A DNA stretch of 64,000 bases, from IMG/VR virus record IMGVR_UViG_3300031539_000002; one strand, written 5' to 3'. Positions 56,489 to 64,000 of the stretch are shown piece by piece. The notes below the pieces were generated by a model. That model had not been told where the DNA came from, made no database searches, and saw only the letters and a program-made list of their open reading frames with translations. Position 1 is the first letter of the stretch. The number at the start of each line of letters is the position of its first letter. This stretch comes from a virus. The translations under genes and the position numbers were made by a program.

Positions 56489-58336
56489 ATGAGCAACATC
56501 GTCGCCGTTCTGATCGTCCGGTGTACCCACACTGGGGTCTACGCCGACGGGCGCCCTAATCCGGCGTCGGTGACTCTCTATGACCTAGACGAGATCACCA
56601 TCCAGAAGAACCGAACCCGCGCGGTTCCGGTTCCCTTCGGCGCAGGTACGACCCGGCCTCCGGTGGACATCCCCATGTCCACGCGGACGTTCATCTCGTG
56701 GCACCAAGGGGATATTTGCACGTTCACGATGCAGGGGTTGATCCGGTCAGAGATCATCCTCCAGCTTCGGGACAAAGCAAATTGCGGAGGCCCACTCGGT
56801 ACGGGACAGGCCTTGCAGCCTGCCGTCCTCAACATCGAGCGCGTGGGCAACGTCCTGCGGATGGTCATCCCAGACAACGTCATCCCGACGTTGCTCGACT
56901 CCATCGGTTTCCTCGAGGGGGAGCCGGTCACCATCACCGGGCTCACGGGCGTCTTCCGAAATCTCAACGGCACCTACGAACTCACTTCGGTGGCCCCGGG
57001 GTTCGGTCTCGCAGGCGCGGCTGTTGGGAGCTACCTGCTCGAGGCTTCTTCGGTTGGGCCCGACATCGCGGCCGCCACCTTGGCCGGTGCCAATCTGTGT
57101 CTGACTGAGGGCCGCGTTGTCGCGCAGTTCGGGAGCACGGGAGATGTTGGAGGTCTGGGCTCCAACGTCTTCGGCTACATCGGAGGTCAGCTTTTCCCGA
57201 ACGCGGGCGGTGGTGGCGGCGGTGCGATCGCTATTTACGACGAGGGCATCCTCATCGATGCGGCGGCTACGACCATCGACTTCATCGGAGCCGGTGTCAT
57301 TGCGAGCTCGGCAGGGGCCGGAGCCGTGGATGTCACCATCTCTGGTGGCGGCGGTGGCGTCACCAATCTCCAGACGGCGTACGAAGGCGGCAACACGATC
57401 GTCACGAGCGCGCCGGAAGGTCCTCTCGATGTCTCTGGTACGGAGGCCATCTCTCTTGATGCTGGGGCCGCGTCCAACTTCACCGTTGCGGGTGCGACTC
57501 TTGATTTGGCCACCACCACGAGTGGGTCGGTTCTTATCGATGGTGTCGATGGTGTTGAGATCAACTCGAGCGCGGGTGGTCTCCAGCTCGGCAACGACGC
57601 CAACACCGGGGACATCGACATTGGCACGGGAGCTGCTGCTCGAGACATCACGATCGGCAACTCGACGGGAGCTACGGGAGTCGACATCAACACCGGCACC
57701 GGAGCCCTCGAGGTCACCACCACGAATGGTGAAACGGCGGCTATCGCCACCTTCACCACGACGGGGGCTAGCGGAGACTCCATCCAGGTCTTCGTCGGTG
57801 ACAACGACCCGAGTGGCTCTGTCACAGGCTTGGCGGGCTCTCTGTTCTTCCGAGACACGGGGACCGGAGCCGAGCTCTATCTCAACACATCCACTGGATC
57901 GGGCACGACCTGGACACAGCTCAGCACGGCTGCCGGGACGGGCACCACAGCAATCCTGACGTGGGGAAACAACAGCGTTGCCAACAGCACTGCCTCTCGA
58001 GTTCTTGATCCTGGTTACGAGAATCGGACCGCACCGCTTGCCGCGTCTACGTCAATCATCGACGTACGTGTGCCTCGAGCCGGCACTTTGCGGAATCTCT
58101 ACGTGGAGCACAACGACCCTGGTGGGACCGGGGCCACCATCACATACACAGTCTTTGTCAACGGCGTGGGGACGGCCATCACGATCGGGCTTGCCAGTAC
58201 TGCCGCACAAGCGGCGGATACGGTGAACACGGTGGCGGTGTCTGCGGGGGATCGGGTGCGCATCGTGGTGACCAAGGGGGCCGTTGCTGGCGGTGGCTCG
58301 CGACGACCTGAAGTGAGCTTGGAGGTGGCCGCGTGA
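56489..58336 (+). CDS. Fibre-like virion protein
   Basis: G/T/A-rich; shares LQTAY.GGNTIV and FVGD.DP cassettes with 59320. Confidence 0.65.
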   Translation: MSNIVAVLIVRCTHTGVYADGRPNPASVTLYDLDEITIQKNRTRAVPVPFGAGTTRPPVDIPMSTRTFISWHQGDICTFTMQGLIRSEIILQLRDKANCGGPLGTGQALQPAVLNIERVGNVLRMVIPDNVIPTLLDSIGFLEGEPVTITGLTGVFRNLNGTYELTSVAPGFGLAGAAVGSYLLEASSVGPDIAAATLAGANLCLTEGRVVAQFGSTGDVGGLGSNVFGYIGGQLFPNAGGGGGGAIAIYDEGILIDAAATTIDFIGAGVIASSAGAGAVDVTISGGGGGVTNLQTAYEGGNTIVTSAPEGPLDVSGTEAISLDAGAASNFTVAGATLDLATTTSGSVLIDGVDGVEINSSAGGLQLGNDANTGDIDIGTGAAARDITIGNSTGATGVDINTGTGALEVTTTNGETAAIATFTTTGASGDSIQVFVGDNDPSGSVTGLAGSLFFRDTGTGAELYLNTSTGSGTTWTQLSTAAGTGTTAILTWGNNSVANSTASRVLDPGYENRTAPLAASTSIIDVRVPRAGTLRNLYVEHNDPGGTGATITYTVFVNGVGTAITIGLASTAAQAADTVNTVAVSAGDRVRIVVTKGAVAGGGSRRPEVSLEVAA

Positions 58337-59307
58337 GCACTAGGCGTTACCGATGGGTAGGGACTTTCCCCGGCGATCTCGACAACATCATCGAGGCGGG
58401 ATCTGGGGCGACGCTTGAGTTTTTCCAACGCACTCCTTGGACTGAGATCACGGTCGTTGACGGCACGCGAGATGTAGACCTCGACGACTACATGGAGCAG
58501 CAGGGCTACCTGCCCGACACGACCGGACCCACGGTTGTCATCACCAGTGGTCCGTACTCCGTAGGCACCGAACAGGTTGTTCTGGTGGATGCCACGACGG
58601 GGCCCATCACGGTCACGATGCCGTTGACCGCGGATCGGCTCGGCAACGACATTCAAGTCCAGAAGATCGACAGCTCGGCCAACACCGTGACGGTGAGCCG
58701 CACAGGCGGCGAGACGATTGATGGTGCGATCACGCAGGTTCTGGCCCTCGAGGGAGATGCCCTCTGGCTTGTGGCAGACCCCACGAACTCTGAGTGGCAG
58801 ATCAATCAGAGCCGTCGAGCCGAGGACATCACCTTCGACAGCAGCGGTCTCCCGACCCTGACCGCTGATAACGTCCAAGACGCCATCAGTGACATCCTGA
58901 CGGGAGGTCTGGCCTCAATCGAGGTATTCACTTCGGGAGAAGCGCTGACCGCAGGAGACCTCCTGACGCTCGACAGCGCGGGCGACGTAGTTCGCGCGGA
59001 TTCGTCTATAGGGACGGCCAATTACGAAGTGATTGGAGTTTCCGCAGAGACCGTCGGGATCGGCGTTTTGGTTCAGGTCATTACGCACTCTGGGGCTGTT
59101 CCCACTGTGCGTTTCACGGCAGCTCCCGCAGGGGCGCTGAACGGTCGTCTTGTTTTTCTTTCCACGTCCGCAGGGCTTGCCTCCACAGCCCCTCCCGGAA
59201 CCGGCGGCAACGCCATTTTCACGATCGGAACTCTCCAGGGCGCAGACGGTGCAACGACCACGCCTACGGTCGTTTTTCGTCCTCAACTCATCGCTCTTCG
59301 CTCGTAA
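58333..59307 (+). CDS. Virion protein with C-terminal DUF2190/capsid-cement-like domain
   Basis: VDAT.GPITVT.P..QKIDSSAN.VTV..GETIDG; GEALTAGDL..ADS..VIGV. Confidence 0.6.
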   Translation: MSTRRYRWVGTFPGDLDNIIEAGSGATLEFFQRTPWTEITVVDGTRDVDLDDYMEQQGYLPDTTGPTVVITSGPYSVGTEQVVLVDATTGPITVTMPLTADRLGNDIQVQKIDSSANTVTVSRTGGETIDGAITQVLALEGDALWLVADPTNSEWQINQSRRAEDITFDSSGLPTLTADNVQDAISDILTGGLASIEVFTSGEALTAGDLLTLDSAGDVVRADSSIGTANYEVIGVSAETVGIGVLVQVITHSGAVPTVRFTAAPAGALNGRLVFLSTSAGLASTAPPGTGGNAIFTIGTLQGADGATTTPTVVFRPQLIALRS

Positions 59308-59319
59308 AGGAACGTCACC

Positions 59320-62300
59320 ATGGCTGGTAACCAAACCGATAACCTCATGCTGCTTGACCTGACTACAGGTCTGCCGCGTACTCCAGAAACAGGCGGAACG
59401 CCGGATACGGTCCAGCTTTCCACAGACGTTCAACTCATCTCGGGCGCCAACATGCTCGTTGATGGGAACTTGACCGTCAACGGCACGACCACGACGATCC
59501 ACAGCGAACAAGTCAACATCAGGGACAACCACCTGTACTTGAACGCGGACTACACCGCAGTTATCGCGCAGACGGGTGGTCTCGTCATCAACGTCTTGCC
59601 CACGGCTACGGCCGACACTATCGCGGGCACCTTCGTTGCCGGCGTTGCGGCGACCAGTAACCCGACGGTGCAGACCACGGGTTCAGCGACGTTCGCAGCC
59701 GGGGACATCATCCAGATCGCGGGGGCAAACGATCAGGACAACGACGGCATCTTCGAGGTTCTGAGCCATATCGGGACCACGCTGACTATCCGCGGCATCG
59801 GTGTTACGGGGGCAACCGTTTCTTGGGTCGTCAACGACTTCACGGCAGACGCCACGGCAGGTGGCGATGTCCGCATCGTGACCGTCAACGTCATCGAGGG
59901 TGACTCAAGCGGTAACTGGAGCACCTCTACGGTCTCCACCACGACCGGCATCACCTACAACACGTTCACCACACAGGGTGTCGTTGATCTTCAAGTCGCC
60001 TATGTGGCGGGCAACACGATCACGACTTCTGGTGGCGAGGGCGATGTCATCATCGGTGGCACCGAGACTTTGGCGATCACGACGACGGGCGGCGTGAACC
60101 TCGATGCTCCGTTCGACTTCGACAGCTCGTCTTTCGACGTGCAGATGACGGGGAGCAACGGGTTCTCGATCGACGGCACGGCTGCCTCGAATGTCAGCGT
60201 CACGGCGGGGAACCTGACTCTGAGCACGGTCACTTCGGGTGATGTCCTCATGTCCTCGGCAGGAGTCGTGGACATCGACGCCACGACGAGCATGACGCTC
60301 GACACTGCGAATGCCGCAGATGCTTCTGGTAACGACATCACTGTCACCGCTGGTAGCTCGACGGCAGGTACGGCAGATGGCGCTTCCATCGTCCTCACTC
60401 CCGGTGACGGCTTCACGACCGGCACTGCGGGGTTCGTCAACATCACGTCCCCGGCAGATGAAGACGAGATCCTTCTTCAGCTTGAGTCCACAGGCACGGG
60501 CGCGAATGCGGTTGCCTTTTTCACGGGCACCTCTGCTCCGGGTGGAAGTGTCACAGCAGACGCCGGTTCGCTCTTCCTCCGCGACACAGGGACGGGCGCC
60601 GAGGCGTACATCAACACCTCGACAGGCTCGGGCACCGTTTGGACGCTTTTGGCTGCCGGTGGTGGTAACAGCCTTCAAGCCGCGTACGCGGTGGGCAACA
60701 CCATCGTCACAAACGCCACGGATGGTGACCTCGATGTGAGCGGCACCGAGGCCATTTCGCTCGATGCGAGCCAAGCCTCGAATTTCACGGTCACGGGAGC
60801 CGACCTCGATCTTGGGACGACCACTTCGGGAGACGTGAACGTCTCCGCGGCCGGCCAAATCGACATCGACGCAGGCACCACGGTCGTCATCAACACCACC
60901 GATGCCGCGGATGCCTCGGGTAACGACATCACCCTGACGGCAGCGAGCTCGACAGCGGGCACGGCGGATGGTGCGAGCATCATCCTCACCCCCGGTGATG
61001 GGAATACGACCGGCGCTGCGGGTTCGGTGGACATCGTGTCCCCTGCGGATGAGGACGAAGCGCTCCTTACGCTCACCAACACCGGTACTTCCGGCGACTC
61101 GATGGGCTTCTTCGTTGGTGACAGCGACCCGAGTGGGTCCGTTACTGCCGACGCCGGCTCGCTGTTCATGCGGGATACCGGCACAGGTGCTGAGCTCTAC
61201 CTCAACACCTCGACGGGTTCGGGTACGACCTGGACCAACCTCAGTGCTGGTGGGGCGGTAACGCTTCAAAGCGCGTACGTGGGTGGCAACACGATTGTCA
61301 CGGACACGACCAACGGCGACTTCGATGTTTCGGGTACGGAGGCCATCAGCCTTGATGCTGCCGCCGCATCGAATTTCACGGTTGCCAGCGCAGCTCTGAC
61401 CCTGAGCACGACAACTGCGGGCAACGTGGAAGTCACGGCTGCCGATGCGGTGAACGTCACTGCGGGCAACGAGGTAGCGGCGGCGGGCAATGTCGTCACG
61501 ATCGACGCCGGTGCTGGCGGAGGGGCCAACGACGGTGGCGCCGTCAGTCTCACGGGCGGTAGTTCGGGGGGAGGCGCGACGGGGAACGGCGGCAACGTCA
61601 ACCTCTCCGCTGGCGATGCTTTTTCCACCAACGGGGACGGCGGCGTCATTGCTCTTGATGTGGGTGCTAACACCGGCACTGGTATTCAAGGTTTCGTTGA
61701 CATTGTTGGTGACAACAACGAAGACGAAGCACTCGTTCGACTCACGAGCACGGGAACCAACGGCGACTCGGCGCAGCTCTTCGTGGGCGACAGCGATCCT
61801 GATGGGTCGGTGACGGGACTTGCAGGTTCTCTGTTCTTCCGGGATACCGGGACGACCGGCGAACTCTACCTGAACACTTCCACCGGCTCGGGCACGAGCT
61901 GGGAGCAGGTGGTCACCACGGGAGCCGGTGGTGGGCTGACTCTCCAGAACGCATACGTCGGCGGTAACACCATTCTCATGGATTCCACCAATGGAGACTT
62001 TGATGTCTCTGGTACGGAAGCCATCAGCCTTGACGCGAGTTCTGCCTCGAACTTCACGGTCGACTCCGCGGACCTGAGTATCGGGACCACAACCAGCGGC
62101 GAGCTCGATCTGACCTCCGCGGGTCTTATGGACATGAATGCCGGGGCAAGCCTCGACATCGATGTCACGGGCACTTTCGACATGCTTTCGTCGGGGGCTT
62201 TTAGCATCGACGGAACGGGCGCCTCCAACGTCAGCGCTACGAGTGGAGACCTCAGCCTGTCGTCGCTGACGACGGGGTCAGTCCTTGTGGACGGCATCGA

Positions 62301-63423
62301 CGGGGTGGAGATCAACTCGAGCGCGGGAGCTCTCGGGATTGGCAACGATGCCAACACGGGCGCCATCAACATCGGTACGGGTGCGGCAGCTCGCACCATC
62401 ACGATGGGTAACGCCACTGGCGCGACCTCGGTCAACTTCGATTCGGGCACCGGAGGCTACACGTTCGACTCGACGGTGGCTGAGACGGCCCCCTTGATGA
62501 CTTTGGCCACCACCGGTGCTTCTGGTGACTCGGTCAACTTCTTCGTAGGCGACAGCGACCCTGACGGCGCCGTGACCGGCCTCGCAGGTTCGTTGTTCAT
62601 GAGGGACACCGGCAGCGGCGGCGAGCTCTACATCAACGAGAGCACCGGGTCCGGCACTGTCTGGAATCAAGTGGTCACGTCGGGAGCAGGAGGCAGCCTG
62701 ACCCTCCAGAACGCGTATGTCGGTGGCAACACCATCGTCACCAACGCGACTGAGGGTGACTTCGACGTTTCGGGTACGGAGGCCATCAGCCTCGACGCGA
62801 GTTCTGCCTCGAACTTCACGGTCACGGGCGCCAACCTGACGCTTTCGACCGCTACGTCGGGCACAGTGGATGTCACTTCCGCGGCCGACATTGCCATGAC
62901 CTTCGCCACCAACACGGCGGCGGCCATGGTCATCGACGATGGGACGAACAACTTCTTCACGTTCGATTCCACGACTGGCGACCTCGCCATCGAAGCCAAT
63001 CAGTTCCTCGATCTGACGGGCTCTGGTGCCGGCGTCACACTCACCGCGGGAGCCACGATCGCCATTGGTGATGTGGTCGCGCTCGACACGGCGGGGGATG
63101 TCATCCTGGCAGACTCGAACACGGGCACCGACACTTTCGCCTACGTCATCGGTATTGCGTTGACGGCCGCGACGGCGACCAACCCGGTTCGGGTGTTCAC
63201 GATCGCCGGTGATCTCGTCCCTGTTGCTTTCTCCGCCGCGCCAGGTGCGGCGGCGAACGGGAGCATCGTGTTCCTCAGTGCGACCGGGGGTCGGGCCACC
63301 CTGACGGCTCCGACTGGTGGCGGCAACGTCGTCTACAAGGTCGGTATTTTGCAAGGCGGCGACGGAGCAGACACCACTCCAAATGTGATCTTTCAGCCGC
63401 AGTTCTTGGCGAAACGCCCGTAA
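59320..63423 (+). CDS. 1367-aa repetitive fibre protein with DUF2190-like C-terminus
   Basis: AAGGAA RBS; repeated cassettes; very acidic and G/T/A-rich. Confidence 0.7.
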   Translation: MAGNQTDNLMLLDLTTGLPRTPETGGTPDTVQLSTDVQLISGANMLVDGNLTVNGTTTTIHSEQVNIRDNHLYLNADYTAVIAQTGGLVINVLPTATADTIAGTFVAGVAATSNPTVQTTGSATFAAGDIIQIAGANDQDNDGIFEVLSHIGTTLTIRGIGVTGATVSWVVNDFTADATAGGDVRIVTVNVIEGDSSGNWSTSTVSTTTGITYNTFTTQGVVDLQVAYVAGNTITTSGGEGDVIIGGTETLAITTTGGVNLDAPFDFDSSSFDVQMTGSNGFSIDGTAASNVSVTAGNLTLSTVTSGDVLMSSAGVVDIDATTSMTLDTANAADASGNDITVTAGSSTAGTADGASIVLTPGDGFTTGTAGFVNITSPADEDEILLQLESTGTGANAVAFFTGTSAPGGSVTADAGSLFLRDTGTGAEAYINTSTGSGTVWTLLAAGGGNSLQAAYAVGNTIVTNATDGDLDVSGTEAISLDASQASNFTVTGADLDLGTTTSGDVNVSAAGQIDIDAGTTVVINTTDAADASGNDITLTAASSTAGTADGASIILTPGDGNTTGAAGSVDIVSPADEDEALLTLTNTGTSGDSMGFFVGDSDPSGSVTADAGSLFMRDTGTGAELYLNTSTGSGTTWTNLSAGGAVTLQSAYVGGNTIVTDTTNGDFDVSGTEAISLDAAAASNFTVASAALTLSTTTAGNVEVTAADAVNVTAGNEVAAAGNVVTIDAGAGGGANDGGAVSLTGGSSGGGATGNGGNVNLSAGDAFSTNGDGGVIALDVGANTGTGIQGFVDIVGDNNEDEALVRLTSTGTNGDSAQLFVGDSDPDGSVTGLAGSLFFRDTGTTGELYLNTSTGSGTSWEQVVTTGAGGGLTLQNAYVGGNTILMDSTNGDFDVSGTEAISLDASSASNFTVDSADLSIGTTTSGELDLTSAGLMDMNAGASLDIDVTGTFDMLSSGAFSIDGTGASNVSATSGDLSLSSLTTGSVLVDGIDGVEINSSAGALGIGNDANTGAINIGTGAAARTITMGNATGATSVNFDSGTGGYTFDSTVAETAPLMTLATTGASGDSVNFFVGDSDPDGAVTGLAGSLFMRDTGSGGELYINESTGSGTVWNQVVTSGAGGSLTLQNAYVGGNTIVTNATEGDFDVSGTEAISLDASSASNFTVTGANLTLSTATSGTVDVTSAADIAMTFATNTAAAMVIDDGTNNFFTFDSTTGDLAIEANQFLDLTGSGAGVTLTAGATIAIGDVVALDTAGDVILADSNTGTDTFAYVIGIALTAATATNPVRVFTIAGDLVPVAFSAAPGAAANGSIVFLSATGGRATLTAPTGGGNVVYKVGILQGGDGADTTPNVIFQPQFLAKRP

Positions 63424-63431
63424 GGTGATCC

Positions 63432-63647
63432 ATGAAAGTCAAAATCACAGTTGAGTACGACGTGACTCCAGAGGAAGGCAAGGAGCTGTCTTCCAAGGAG
63501 CACAACAACATGGTTGGGATGCTCCAACGGATCACGCGCAACCGAGTGATGGGCTACCTGGGCAGAGAAGTCGGTAACGAACACGTCAGTACTGGGTGGG
63601 AAGTCAAGATCAACGAGATCACGGTCACTCCCGTAACCAAGAGCTAG
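63432..63647 (+). CDS. Small hypothetical protein
   Basis: AAGGTGA RBS; 71 aa. Confidence 0.55.
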   Translation: MKVKITVEYDVTPEEGKELSSKEHNNMVGMLQRITRNRVMGYLGREVGNEHVSTGWEVKINEITVTPVTKS

Positions 63648-63654
63648 CTTTTAG

Positions 63655-64000
63655 ATGGCGAATCAGATCGATAACGTCCTTTTGGACGACGACACGACGG
63701 GACTCCCCCGCACCATCGACGTTGGTGTGGATGCTCTGTTCTTGTCCACAGATCTGACGCTCCAAGCTGGAGGCATCCTCACCGCCGACAACGTCAAGCG
63801 AGGGACCGCTGATCCAAATGTAGCTCTCGTTGCGGGCAATGAAGGCGATGTTTACGAGCGGACTCTTGCATCAACGGGCCAGCTTTGGGTCAACACGGAT
63901 GGCACAACGACTGGCTGGAGGCAGGTTGTCCTCGATGCGGACGGGTCGCTGACCTGGGCAGAGGTACTTGCTAACGGCAACACCTCCGGCGGAACCAACC
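63655..64000 (+). CDS. Fibre-like protein (partial), N-terminus paralogous to 59320
   Basis: MANQIDNVLLDDDTTGLPRT vs MAGNQTDNLMLLDLTTGLPRT; open to the window end. Confidence 0.7.
   Translation, partial: MANQIDNVLLDDDTTGLPRTIDVGVDALFLSTDLTLQAGGILTADNVKRGTADPNVALVAGNEGDVYERTLASTGQLWVNTDGTTTGWRQVVLDADGSLTWAEVLANGNTSGGTN

Noticed and set aside
1-64000. Stop-codon reassignment as in some jumbo phages
   Set aside because: Recognisable enzymes are full length in the standard code, and TAG, TGA and TAA all end genes at sensible positions.
56489-64000. Diversity-generating retroelement acting on fibres
   Set aside because: No reverse transcriptase in the window, and repeat differences are not adenine-specific by eye.

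Overview
The window is a gene-dense, high-GC segment of a large tailed-phage (probably jumbo) genome, coded mostly on the + strand. Layout: (1) 1-5.6 kb head module with putative prohead protease, acidic scaffold, decoration protein and major capsid protein (resembling cluster C/Bxz1-type myophage head genes, from memory), then a LAGLIDADG endonuclease. (2) 7.2-14.1 kb translationally coupled operon: an SF2 helicase plus four proteins built from a ~57-aa helical repeat with a hypervariable middle (28 copies by my count). (3) 14-31 kb accessory genes: HAD phosphatase, vWA, tRNA-binding OB, def, SPFH-like lipoprotein, ATPase-degenerate GyrB fragment, rnhB, DUF488, dNMP kinase, Acb2/Tad1-like, clpS, papain-like protease, AAA-CYTH, kptA, Tat-signal protein, sulfotransferase-like. 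(4) 31-51 kb large modular proteins (plus one at 17.4 kb) sharing short tags (SIFDAP, NPxT motif, amphipathic LRxA..FR helix, K/R-x-A sites) but carrying different enzymes (RelA/SpoT, two ADP-ribosyltransferases, kinase-like, GNAT, ParB-like). These are probably protease-processed virion cargo. (5) 51-64 kb structural genes: three tandem paralogs, a neck-like protein and cassette-built fibres. Also seen: a GIY-YIG homing endonuclease that appears to have replaced the 3' half of its target gene, and two recurring promoter motifs, one leaderless. I saw no tRNA, rRNA or CRISPR array. All family calls come from motif recognition by eye, not database searches.
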